Source: Dictyostelium discoideum | Lineage: Eukaryota | Assembly: GCA_000004695.1 (NCBI GenBank) | Contig: CM000154.2 | Span: forward strand, 3,552,001-3,616,000 | Length of the DNA: 64,000 nucleotides | Reading direction: 5' to 3' | Part shown: piece after piece, positions 41,877 through 55,171 of the stretch | Position numbering within the stretch: position 1 is the first letter of the stretch | Layout: each line of letters begins with the position of its first letter | Translations under genes and position numbers: made by a program | The notes under the pieces: generated by a model | What the model was told of the DNA's origin: nothing | The model's database searches: none | What the model saw: only the letters and a program-made list of their open reading frames with translations

Positions 41877-41910
<34 letters not shown>

Positions 41911-42379
41911 CGGTATTCAAAAAAAAAAAATACTAATACCGTTTTTTAACAAAAAAATTAAAACATTTCACTATTTTATTTTTTTTCAGTAACCAACCAA
42001 TTTCCAAAGGGTGCATAAATAAAATAATAAATAAATAATATTAATATTTTTTTTTTTTTATAATATTTTAATTATTTTCATTTTTTATTTTATTTTTTTT
42101 ACGGGAACTAGGATATTTTATTATTTTTAAGGTGGGAACTAAGATATTTTTTTTTTTGGTTGAAATGAAATACTTATTTTTGTTTTTTATTTTTATTAAA
42201 TGAGTTTAACCTTCAATTTTTTTTCGAGTTTTTTTTTTTTTTGCAACTGACATTTTTTTAATTAAAATTTTATATGAGAAAAAAAATAATTTATTTATTT
42301 ATTATTATTTATTAATATTGGAGATTAATCAATTTCAGAGATTTTGTTTGAATTCTGTTGATTTATTGTACTATCATGA

Positions 42380-43330
42380 ATGGCCTTTAATTTTTTAGTA
42401 TATTTTTTTCTTGGTTGGCCATTTTTGTTAAGTTTTAACACAGGTGATGAAAAGTCGGTAACTGGTATATTAAAATTGTTTTGGATATTGACATTTAAAA
42501 CATTTACAGTTGAATTAATAGTAACCTTTGATGGTCTACCTCTTTTTTTTGGTGCTTCATCTATTTTTATTGTATTTCTGTGATTTTAAAATTAAAAAAT
42601 TAGTATATAATAATAGTAATTTATAGATTTTATTTTTTCTTACCTACCCTACACCCAAACTGTTAATTTGGAACCCAATCTTTCTTGCATCTGCTATTTG
42701 GGTTGAAGAGGGTTTTTCATTTATAACTAAAGTATTGGAAACACATGCCAAAGATTTATCGTCATTATTTTCCAATTCATCCAAATAAGATGCTTTTATC
42801 AATTTCCAATCAATTTCCAATCTATTTTAATCATTTCAAAAGCATTCTTAATAGTAATTGGTGAAGCAGTAGCATCCCATGATGTTTCTATTACGTCCGA
42901 TAATTCCTCAAATGATAATTTGCTTGTTTTGGGTATATCCTTTTTGGATTTAACCCTTTTTAAATTATTAATGGTCTGGTTCAACTTTCTTTTGAAAATA
43001 CCGAAAACCAATAAATCCAATGGTTGCAATAAGTGAGTTGAGTTAGCTGGAAACGTATAACAATGAATATTATATTCATTCAAGGCATCTGCAACTTCGT
43101 ACCTCATGTATCTAAATTACCATTATAATTATATTTTAATTAAAAAAAATTTTATAATACAATATTAAAATTAAAATATTAATCGTACCTCTTTAATATT
43201 TAGATGACTATATTGCGGTGTTTCAATAATATATTTAATAAAGTTTTTCACCATAAAATTTTTATTTTTTTTTTCAGCTTCAAAAAAAATTTGAAGTTTA
43301 TTTATTAACCTTATGTTTGATGGTTTTTTT
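42380..43330 (-). mobile_element. Degenerate pogo/Tigger-like (Tc1/mariner superfamily, DDE_1) transposase remnant inserted between paralogs 3 and 4
   Basis: ORF 42799..43107 reads ...YNIHCYTFPANSTHLLQPLDLLVFGIFKRKL..., the hallmark NIxxxFLPPNTTxxLQPLDxGV block around the third catalytic acidic residue of pogo-type transposases. Flanking frames (KKRGRPSKV...) look coding but are broken by stops and frameshifts. I could not identify clear terminal inverted repeats. Confidence 0.5.
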
Positions 43331-43489
43331 GTCTCCATTTCAAATTGTTTTTATTGTAATCGAACCATAAAGTAAAAAAAAAAATTTTTTTTATTTTTAA
43401 ATTTTTCATATTATTTTTTTAATTTAATTAAAAAAAAAGCGCCAGTTGCGAAAAAAAAAAAAAACCTCAAAAAAAATTGTAGGTAAATA

Positions 43490-43520
<31 letters not shown>

Positions 43521-43528
43521 ACCATTTT

Positions 43529-43569
<41 letters not shown>

Positions 43570-43857
43570 TAGGTTAAAATATTTTTTATTTTTTATTTTT
43601 TTTTTTAAATTAAATTATTTATATTTATTCTTTATTTGTGTTAGGGAATAAAAAAAAATAAAATAGGAAATAGTTGGATATACCAAAGTTTATTAAAAAA
43701 AAATTGAGAAATTGAAAAATTTAAAAGAAATATACAATTTATTCCTTCCCTGCCCCAATTTTTTACTTTACAAATCTATCAAATAATGAACTAATAATAG
43801 AGTATTCAAAGAATATCTTTAAAAAAAAAAACAATAATTCGGATTTATTTTATTTAT

Positions 43858-46560
43858 TTATTTATTATTATTCAATTTATTCAATTTATTATTGATTGAC
43901 ATTTCGAATTTCTTTTGTTTTTTGCTTTTTGTGATAGCATAGACAGTAGCGATAACTATTACAGCAGCGAAAGCGATTGAACCAACAATAATACCAGCTA
44001 ATTGAGCAGTTGTTAAACCAGAATTATTTTTTGTACAAACTGAATCATCTTCATCAGAGGCTGATTTACTATCGATAAGTACTGAGAAATCTGGATCAAC
44101 AACTATTGAGTTTTTATAATTTGGAATTGTAATACCAATAAATGATTGTAATGATGATGATGAACTATCAATTACATTTAATGATGAATCTAATAAAACA
44201 TTGCTTATACTTTTAACAGTATTATCAATAATAGCACGTTTAATGAATCTACCGTAAAGTGAATGATTTTCAATTTGAATCTTTAAATAATTTGAATCAT
44301 CACCTGTTGATGTATTGCCAAATTGGTTTAATGTGCAAATATCATTTGAGTTTGTTGTTAATGATGCTGCCATTACTAATTGAAGTTGATTTAATGAACT
44401 TTTAAATTGATATTCTGTAATTTCAATTGTATATTTAATACTTGACGGATTCATTGTTAAATTTTGATTTGCAAATTGAATTGGAGTACTTTGATTAAAC
44501 CATTCTAAAGTTGCTGTTATATTTGTATTTGATACTGTTGTAAAGTATTGATTTTTAAATTCGTTAATTGGTGTATATATCCATTGATCGAATTTATAAT
44601 TATTTACTTCTTTATTATTAAAATCTAATTCTCTTAATGATACTAATGATATTAATGATTTAAATATCATTTTTTGAGATTCTTCACTATTTGTTTCTGA
44701 TGATTGACCAATATTATCTGTTGGTATTTCAACATTTGGGTTTGTTGTATTAATTGATGGTTGTGGTACAATAATAATTTGAGAAGTACAAGTTGTTCCA
44801 ATCCAAGGTGAATAACAGATACAACCTGTTGGTGAACAAAAACCTTGAGTTTTACCACCACATTCTGGATTACCAAGACATTTTTGTGGTGGGTTGGTTG
44901 GAATTGGTGTTGTTGTAGGTATTGGTGTTGTGGTTGGTGTTGTGGTTGTGGTTGGTGTTGGTGAAGGAGATTCAGTAGGTGTTGGTGGGATAGTTGCATT
45001 AAAATAAATTGGATTAACAGTATATATGTTTGATGTTAATGTATCACTTGTTGAAAATGTAATATCAAAAGGTTTATTAGTTGATTTAATTCCAGATATT
45101 TTAATTGCTGATGATTCATAAACTACTAAAGGTGGGAATGAATGAGGTGCTAATGTACCATCTCTATAAACAATATTAACTTGAATAACATTTGAAAAAC
45201 CTCTACCATATAGAACCAAATCATTATCATCTGAATAAAATCTATCAGTTGATTTAATAGTAGGTTGATTAAATGAGTATGTAGTATTTGCGTAATAACC
45301 AGAAGTAACTGTAGATAAATCCTTTGGAGTATAACCATAAAAGTAACCACCATTATTTACAATACCATATATTGAAAAAATCAATTGATTTGGATAACCA
45401 AAGCCAATTGGTAATTCTGTTGAACATTTATAAACAACCTCAACATTATTATATGATATTAATATTGTATCTCTACATTCAACTAAACCAGAAAATAATG
45501 AATTTATATAAACAATTGGTAATTGATCTTGTTTTATTGTAGATGTACTTGTACCAAATGAAAAATCAAATGAGATTGTTCTATTTGTTGCACCTACGTC
45601 AATGACTGATGTTGATGGTGTAAATGATAATAAGCTTGGTTTTGAATCTACTAATGTTGAATCTGAGCATTCAAATGGTACAATTGTAATATCAATACCT
45701 TTATTTAATAAATTGAGGAATGGATTAAGTATTGCTGCGTTTGCAAGTATAGGTGTATATAAATAAAATCTTGAAGCTATTTTATTTGTATCAAATAATA
45801 TAACCTTAATAATTCTATATTCTTGTGATATACATGGTTGAGTAATATTAATTAAAATTTGATATTGGCAATTGAATTTATCACCAATTACATCATCAAT
45901 TGTAAAATTGAAATGATAAGTTGAACTATCAATCGAACCCATTACTTTAATATAACCACTTTCAAACCCATTTAAATCATCTGTAATATTAAATCTCCAG
46001 CCAATTGTACCTGTTGTTGAAATTATTGAACCATTTCCAATTTTTTCAAATGAACTAAATAATGGACCTTGATTATCAAGTACTATAATTTACAATAACA
46101 AAAAATTAGTTTCTTTTTTTTTTATTATTAGATATATTAAAAAAATTATTATTAAAAAGGTAAAAACTTACTTGTATTATTTGCAATTAAAGGTTCAATT
46201 AATTCATTACTATGTATACCCAATAGATTTCCATAGAATACTGTATATAGAATTTTTCCAAACATATTATTCTTTGGTACAATGAATTTGCATTCATACT
46301 TTTTAGTTTGAGCATTGTATTTAAATGGAAGCTTAACAATCATTCCATCGGAATCACTACTATCTCTTTCAACTGGGAATGAAATAATATCAATTAATAA
46401 TAAAGATAATGATTTTTTAATTGGAACATAATCATTAAAATCAATATACATAATATTATAAGAATTATCTGTCAAATCTAAATTATTCTTTAAAAATGTT
46501 ATGTTAAAGTTTGTAATATTTAATACTAAAATTAAAAAATTAATAATTAATAAATGACAT

Positions 46561-46613
<53 letters not shown>

Positions 46614-47670
46614 TTAAATGATACTTACCAAATTTGATTTCTAGTGGTAAATCGAAAATAACTAAAGGATCTATAGAAATTACATCACCTGGGTTATAAT
46701 CTTTACCATTTCCCAATTGATCATAAATTGAAACATAAAGAAGTTGATCGGGTGTACCAACTATTTCAAAAACACCATCGTAAATTGTACCACTAACTAA
46801 TGTTCCTGAACCAAAAGCATTTAAAGGTGAGTAAGTATTAATGGATCTAACACCAGAAGAACTTTCAATTTTTAAACTTAATATATACATATAATCTGAT
46901 ACCTTGGTATATCTATATGATATTAATTGAGGTGGTGTAGAAACTTTAGTTGGAAATGTTAAACTTTGATAAATTTCAATATTCGATGAGGAAGAGCCTA
47001 TATAAAAATAATTTGAAGCAGTTGGAGAAGTTTCCTTTAATCTATTAAATGAAGTTTTGAATTCATAATTTGCGTTATTACCTGAATAAAAACCATATGG
47101 CCAACTTTGATATACAGTAACCCCATATATATATAAAAATAAATCAGTACCTTGATATTGATATCCATTGTAAAAACTAAGAGAATTTATTAGAGCTTCA
47201 GTATTTTCTTGAGATAAATAAGTTGAAGTTGGTCCCATCATTGGTATATTTAAATCTTTAATTATTATTATTTATTTTTTATTTATTTTAAAATTAATAA
47301 TTAATAATTAATAATTAATAGTTAATAGTTAATAATTAATAATTAATAATAATTTATAATACAAACCTGTGATATTTGGGTTATATACTGTTGAATCAAT
47401 AGAGCTATATCCATTTGCAGTTACAAGTGTACTACCTCCCATAATTGAACCAATATATGTCATATTTCCTTTTGTACCTTTAATTGGAAGACTATATATA
47501 GGAGAATACATAAAGAAATAATATTGATATGGTCTCGCTATATTTGTATTGATTGTTGATTGAACTACTGGATTACAACTAGACCCAAATTGATTAAAAT
47601 TATATTCTGTTGATAATATTTCTGGTGGATAAAATGTTTCTATATGACTTGTTGGTAAATCAACTTGATT

Positions 47671-47716
<46 letters not shown>

Positions 47717-48601
47717 TATATATGGAAATAAATTAATAACTATTAAATTATAATTTTAATTTTAATAATAAACACTTACATTGACTATAATATGATTTTA
47801 ATTTAAAAGAAATATTTCTATCATTACCAAAATCAAATGTTACATCTAAATCATCAGTAATATTTTGTTGATTGAATTGATAAATTTGCAGCAAATAATT
47901 AAAACGCGATTCACCTGTTACTATTACAGAACCATAGGAATTCTTTAATCTTATTCCAACTGCTTGGTCAGATTTTTCAAGTCCAGTAAGTGAAATGTAG
48001 TATAAGAAAGAACTATAAAGGTAAATTGGAGTTAAATATTCACTAATATTTAATTTATCGAATTGGAAATCTTTTTTTTTTTTTAAATAATATTAAAATT
48101 AATATTTGAACTTAATAAATTACACCAAATCAATTTTTTTTTTTTTTTATTTTTTTTTTTTTTTTATTTTTTTTTTTTTTTTATAATAAATTATAATAAC
48201 TTACCATTACAAGTTAATGTTAATTGATATGTGTGGTCAATTGTATCATTTGTTGAAAATGTTATTACTTGATAATTAATTCCAAAGTTTTGATTATATT
48301 GTGTTGCAAGAATAAACATATAGGAATTTTCTTTTTGAAATTCTTTTTCAATAGAAAAATTTGTATTATTAGTGATTGCACCTGTAATTGAAAAACCACT
48401 TTGAGCTGTTATATAAATTTGGTAACTTTTATATTGGCAATAAGAGTGTTCACTCGAAGCTGGAGAATAAACATAAGTTGGGTTAATATTAACTACTGAA
48501 GCTTGTATGGTTGACTCGGGTGATAATGGCGCGAATTGGGAATTACTGAAATTTCCAAAATAAAAAATAAATAAAAATAAAATTGTTGTTAATATTTTCA
48601 T
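43858..48601 (-). CDS. Paralog 4 of the same family; 6 exons: 48601..48205, 48070..47780, 47672..47367, 47255..46629, 46525..46172, 46082..43858
   Basis: Signal peptide MKILTTILFLFIFYFGNFSNSQ. Exon 2 (48070..47780, no Met) is hidden from the ORF track. Phase-1 introns throughout; lengths sum to 4200 nt. The 3'-terminal roughly 1 kb is near-identical to paralogs 1 to 3. Confidence 0.65.
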
Positions 48602-49277
48602 TTTTTAGATTTTTAAATTATAATAATTAATTAAAATGATTAATAAAAAAAAAAATAAAAAAAGAAAAGTTTTTTTTTTTTATGTTTTTTTATGTTTTTT
48701 ATGTTTTTTTTTTTTTTTTTATGTTTTTTTTTTTTTTTAATCGTTGTGACGTGATATTTAAGATATTTTGCTATGGTAATAATTTTTTTAATACACACGA
48801 AACAATAAATATCTTTTTTTTTTTTTTTTTTTTTTTTTTTTGATTTTTTTTTTTTTTTTGATTTTTTCATTATCAATTTTTTTTTTTTTTTTGGTTGATT
48901 TCCCAATCTATAAAATGGAATCGTGATTTCCAAAAATATCTTTAAAAACCATTTCTTTAATTATTTTTTAATTTGAATTTTTATTTTTTTTTAAGATATT
49001 TTTAAGAATTCTTTTATTCTTTTAAAATTTTTTTTTATATTTCCATATTTTATAAATATATAAATTAATTTATATTTTAATATAAAAAATATTAAAATAT
49101 TAAAATATTAAAATATTAAAATTAAAATATTGAAATATTAAAATTAAAAAATTAAAAATTAAATTAAAAATTAAATAAAAAAATTGTTTTTGGTTATTTG
49201 AAATCTTTTTAGATATTTTTTTTTTTTATGATGGTGAGAAAAAAAAAAACAAAAACGCTGTGATGTTCTTGATATTT

Positions 49278-49310
<33 letters not shown>

Positions 49311-49420
49311 TTTAAATTAAGCTTTTTTAATAAAAATAATTATTGTCAAATTATGTTCCCATAAATAATATTAAAAATTTAATTATTTTTGATAAAAAAA
49401 AAGGAAATAAACATATGATT

Positions 49421-49583
49421 AAGGGCTTCTTACCGCAAATAACAATCAAATTAGGTATAGAATAGGTGGGAGACGCAAGTCGATAGTGAAATACCACCAC
49501 TAAAGTGATTCGGGGTGGACTGAAAAGTCCCGTACTATTGCATTACAGCCCCCTTCCTTAAATGGAAGTTCTTCTAAGCCCTG
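49421..49583 (+). ncRNA. Candidate structured non-coding RNA (about 160 nt), GC-richer island closed by a terminal stem; class unknown
   Basis: The 5' end AAGGGCTT (49421..49428) pairs with the 3' end AAGCCCT (49576..49582). Inside are three hairpins: GGTGG-N24-CCACC (49466..49500), CGGG-N14-CCCG (49511..49532) and CTTCC-N6-GGAAG (49552..49567). Local G+C is about 45% against an AT-rich flank. There is no ORF, and the strand is uncertain. Confidence 0.3.
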
Positions 49584-49687
49584 TTTTTATTTTTATTTTT
49601 TTTTATTTTTATTTTTTTTTTTTATATTTTATATAAATATACATATTTTTATTTATTTTATTTTATTTGAATTTAATTTATTTGGTT

Positions 49688-49996
49688 TTATTTATTTGTA
49701 TTTATTTTTTTTAAAATTTTTTGAATATATAAAAAAGTAGAATTTTGATATTTTAAATTTTCTTTATCATTGTTTGGGAAAGTGATTGATTTAATTTCCA
49801 TTAATTCAGAAGTTGAAATTGATATTAAATTATTTCTAAAAAAATATTTAATAATCTCTAAATAATTAAATTTTAAACAAACTTTAATTAAACTCCAATC
49901 AACTGATGGGAAATTTTCCTTATAATTATCAAATATGAATTTAATAACTTTTAAATTTCCAAATTGAACAGATTCTTTAATAATTATTTCTAATAA

Positions 49997-50052
<56 letters not shown>

Positions 50053-51884
50053 AATTATGTTGAAGATATTTTTTAATGAAATTTAAATCACCATTTTTTA
50101 AAGATAACCATAATACAGATTTCAATTGTGATGAATTATTATCATTATTATTATTATTTAATGAATCTATATAATCTTGTAATTTACCAACACAATATTT
50201 TAATAAGTTTAAAGTATCAGTTGGAAGTGAAAACTTATTAATATTGATTAATATCCAATGGAATAGTTTTAAAATTATTCGATTAAATGGTAAATCATTT
50301 ATAGATGGTGGTAAAAATGAATATTTCTTATTTGTTGGATAATTTTCTATAACAAATTTAAAATTTTCAAAATCTGTTTCAGTAATTTCATCATTAAAAT
50401 AAATATATATAATTTCATTTTCATTTAGCATTATTGTTTCTTTTTCACTATATTTATCATTATTAACTGTTGTTGATGTTGCTTCTGTTGTTTCTGCTGT
50501 TTCTGTTGGTGTTGGTGTTGTTGGTGTTGTTGGTGTTGTTTCTGTTGTTGGTGTTGGTGTAGTTGTTGATATTGGTTCAATTTCTTTTTCAATTTGATAA
50601 ATATTTGGATTTTCAATAATACGTTTGACATTTTTTAAATTAATAATATCAATTTCAGGTTCTATTGAAGTTGCTAATAAATTATTTTGTCTAATTAATT
50701 GTTCACATTTTTCTAATAATGGGATATTTGATTTTGATTGAATTTCATCTAAATCCAAGATACCTTTTCTACCTTCAATATTTAAAGCATAAATATAATC
50801 TAAAACTATTGGTGATTCTACAAATGAATAGATATTATTAAATCTTTCTACAATAAATGATAATACACCAAATCTATTATCTATACCAGTAGTGGAATAT
50901 TCATTTTCATCATTATTTAAATAATCTTCATCTTCATTTTCATTATTATTATTATTATCATCTTCACTAATATTATCATCTACTTTTCTTCTTTTTGTTT
51001 GTCTTTTAAATTTTCTACAATAGTTTACTTTAATTTTCAATTTATCAGATGCCATCTTTATTAAATCTATTTGATCATATTCAACAATTAAACAAAATAA
51101 AATCCATGGATCAATTAATGAACATTCAGACATTTTTGATATGAAATTCTTTTTTCTAGTTTTATCATTAATACAGTTTTCAAATAAAAATGATTTTGGT
51201 TGTTGTTGTTGTTGTTGTTGTTGTTCTTTTATCAGCTTTTGTTTTTTTTGATAATAATAAAATTCTTGTAATAAAAACCTCATTGGATTGGTTTCTGGTA
51301 TTGAATGATCAATATATTTTAACATTAAAATTAACATTTCATAATTTCCAAATTTAAATGCATCAATTAAGCTCATACCACTAAAATTTAAATTTACACT
51401 TGTTGGTGGTGCTCCAAATTTACAATAATAAACTAAACTTTTATGTTCCGATAATGCTACTGATAAAGATTGTTGTTGTTGCTGTTGTTGTTGCTGTGAT
51501 TTACTTTTATCTAGTAAATTTGATTCTGGATGCATACAATTATATGCTGTACCACTACTAATGATATAATAAAATTCTAATAATTTTTTAAATTTTAAAT
51601 TTGATGAATCGAAAAGTTGTAATGGTGTTTCTAATTCTTGTTGGCTAAAATTCATTACATTAATTTGTTTCTCTACTAGATATTGATTTGTTGATAGTGA
51701 TGTTATATTATTACTATTATTATTAATAGTTGGTGTTGTTGATGATTTTTTATATAATTTTAATTTGTTAAATATTAATGCTGATGTTATTAATGTTTTT
51801 AATTTAATATTTAATTTTATTGGACATTCTCTAAAAAGTGTAAATGTAATTTGTTTTTTAAAATCTTTAATACTATTTTGATTT

Positions 51885-51970
<86 letters not shown>

Positions 51971-52550
51971 TTTTGATTTTATTTTTTTATTTTCAAATTT
52001 ATCAGAATCTATTGGTTTTTGAATGAATTGTGAACAATCTGAAAGTAAGAAATTTATAAAATCTAAATAACCTTCAAACTGATCTCTATTTAATGAACCA
52101 TTGAAACTACTTAATGATTTTAATAAACAATTCCAAATTTTATTTGAAGTGATTGATTTTTGAATTTCTTCATTATCATTATTATTATTACCATCTTTAT
52201 CAATAGTAGTGGTTGTTGTGGTTGTTGTTGTTGTCTTTGTTGAATATAGTTGATTAAAATCATCTTCAAAACCAGTTGTATTATTATGATTTATAATTAT
52301 CCATTTTGAAATATCAAAATTTTCAAAGAAAATAGATTGAAAAAGGTTTGAATAAGTTGGTTGATAATTAAATTTCTTACAAATTGATTTCAATGAATAT
52401 TGATTATTTGATAATATCGATGAATTAACAAGTGTATATCCAATATTCTTTTTTTTAAAATATTTTAATTTTGAATATCGCTTTAATAATGATTTATAAA
52501 ATTCTTGATCTTGTTCGTCTTTAAAATATTTAAATATATTTAAAAATTCA

Positions 52551-52582
<32 letters not shown>

Positions 52583-52966
52583 TATTATATTATTTTTAAA
52601 ATTTGTATAAAATTTAAATAATTTATCATCTAATGATTGATTATTGTTATTATTATCTTGTTCTTCATTTATTAATCTTTTTTGTTCATCTAATTCTATT
52701 AATTTATAAAATTGAATTTGGTTATCACTTTTTTGTAATTCTAATGATGTTGATGGTGTATTACTATCTAAAACTAAATAACAATGACTCTTCATTAATT
52801 TATATTTTAATGTCGCTCTATAATTATTGTTGATTAACCATTTAATTGAATGTTTATTTTCAGTGGGTGATAATATATTATCATCTTGTATTTCGTAGGA
52901 TAAATATTTTATAATCTTTTTAAATATAGTTTTATTATGTATTACTTTATAAAATAATATATCCAT
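49688..52966 (-). CDS. Hypothetical 1092-aa low-complexity protein (poly-Asn, poly-Gln, Thr/Pro repeats); N-terminus related to the 59605..62136 gene
   Basis: Uninterrupted ORF with coding-like composition outside the homopolymer tracts. The N-terminus is MDILFYKVIHNKTIFKKIIKYL... I recognise no domain. Confidence 0.55.
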
Positions 52967-53104
52967 CTTTAATTTTTTGAAAAAAAAAAAAAAAAAAAAA
53001 AGAAAATGAAAATGTAAAAAAAAAAAAAATTAAAAAAAAAAAGAAAATAAAAAAAAAATAAAAAAAAATAAAAATAAAAAAAAAATTGTTTGAAATTAAC
53101 CAAT

Positions 53105-53488
53105 TTATTTAAAAATGTTTTGAAGATTTAATTTTCTTTCTACAAATAAAGGTTAATTTAGTATGAAAAATTTAAAGGATTTTAATATGGGTTTTACCTA
53201 TATTGCACAAGGTTAATTTTCCTCTAACATCCATCATTTTGGTTTGAGTGCTGTGAGGTAAAATATCAAGTGTTTCTTGAATGTTGCCATTAAGATTTAA
53301 TTCACATCTTGCTAATTCATCTCCTTCATTTTCAAGAATAAATGTTGAAATTTCTTCACCTTTTGTTGGAACTATATAAAAAAAAAAAAAAAAAAAATGA
53401 AAAAAATAATTTAATATTTTTTTTTTTTTTTTAGAATCTTAAATAAATATTTACCAATGTAGTGACCTCCTGGTTTAATAATTGCCAT
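53105..53488 (-). CDS. Small spliced gene of unknown function (about 82 aa), 3 exons: 53488..53453, 53371..53198, 53139..53105
   Basis: MAIIKPGGHYIG / VPTKGEEISTFILENEGDELARCELNLNGNIQETLDILPHSTQTKMMDVRGKLTLCNI / ERKLNLQNIFK*. The introns are GTAAAT...TATATAG and GTAAAA...TTTGTAG, both phase 1. It is not in the ORF track because each exon is short. Confidence 0.4.
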
Positions 53489-53574
53489 TTTTAGTTATTT
53501 GTTTTTAATAAATGAAATATATTGTAAAAATAAAAAAAAAAATTTTTAAGTTGGTATAAATAATAAAAAAAAAA

Positions 53575-53615
<41 letters not shown>

Positions 53616-53965
53616 TTTTTAGGAAAAAAAAAAAAAAAAAATCCTTATTTCTCAGTAACACAAAATATTTTTTTTAATTTTTGTTTTTGTTTTTATTTTT
53701 TACTTTTTATTTTTAATTAATTTTTATAAATTGGGGTGTGTGCTTTTAGTAAATAAAAAACCCCAAAAAAGGAAAAAATTTATTTTTTAAAAAAATGTTT
53801 TTCTTGGGAAGTTTATCAGGATACTTTAAAATATATAAAAATAAAAAATTATTAAAAAAAAAAAAAAAAAAAAAAAAATTTACCATTTATGAAAAAACAC
53901 TTGGGAACCTCTGATATTTTAACTTTTTTATTAAATGGATTTTTTTTTTTTTATTTGTTTACTAT

Positions 53966-55078
53966 TCAATAACCTATAATTTTTACATTTTTAGGAACAA
54001 AAGATTCAATTAATTTTTTACAACTTTTCAAAATATAGACATTGTTTAATGTATTAGGAATTGAACCAATCATCAAATCATGTTTTATACCACCAAAAAG
54101 TAACTCTTTAACACTTTCTGGTATTATACCTTTGGTTAATTTTTGATTGAATCCATCACATAAAGTAAGAGTTTTTACAGTATTAGGAATTGAATCAATT
54201 ATTAATTCTTGTTTTATATTACCTATTAACAACTCTTTAACACCTTCTGGTATTATACCTTTGGTTAATTTTTGATTGAATCCATCACATAAAGAAACAG
54301 TTGTTACAGTATTAGGAATTGAATCAATTATTAATTCTTGTTTTATATCACCCAAAACCAACACTTTAACACTTTCTGGTATTATACCTTTGGTTAATTT
54401 TTGATTGAATCCATTACATAAAGTAACAGTTGTTACAGTATTAGGAATTGAATCAATATTTAATTCTTGTTTTATATCACCTATATGTAACTCTTTAATA
54501 CCCACTGGTATTATACCTTTGGTTAATTTTTGATTGAATCCATTAAGAAGCATAACATTGTTTGGTAATTTTTTTACTTTTGATAAGATGTCACAATTGT
54601 CTTTGAATGCTAAACTTTCGAAATCTCCAGACAATATAGATGATTCATCATTCTCTGAATATATAAAAAAATCGTGATTCCATACTAAAAACAAAGAATT
54701 AGTTTTTTTTTTTTTTTTTTTTTTTTAGACTTTTTTATTTGGGTCTAACTTACTGTTGATGAATTTATTTTCATTGATTGAGTTATTTAAATTATTATTA
54801 TTATTATTATTATCAACAAAAGAGTATATTGATTTAAAACTATTTTTAATATTATTAATTGTGTGATTATCGAATTTTAAGATTTGATTATTATATTCTT
54901 TTAGTTTATTAAAATTATTGATATTATTATTATTATTTAATATTAATAATGATTGTTGATATTGTTTAATTAATTCAATAGTATATGTATCAATTTGATA
55001 GTCATCATCATCATCATTGTTGTCATTGTCTTGTTGATTATAAATTTGTGAAAAATGATTTAATTTATCAAAAATTGA

Positions 55079-55137
<59 letters not shown>

Positions 55138-55140
55138 TAC

Positions 55141-55171
<31 letters not shown>

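Noticed and set aside
44667-45542. Short ORFs 44667..44999, 45150..45353, 45324..45542 and analogous ones inside the other paralogs (28075..28302, 33357..33635, 38400..38944)
   Set aside because: They are alternative-frame or antisense ORFs nested inside the large last exons of the paralog family.
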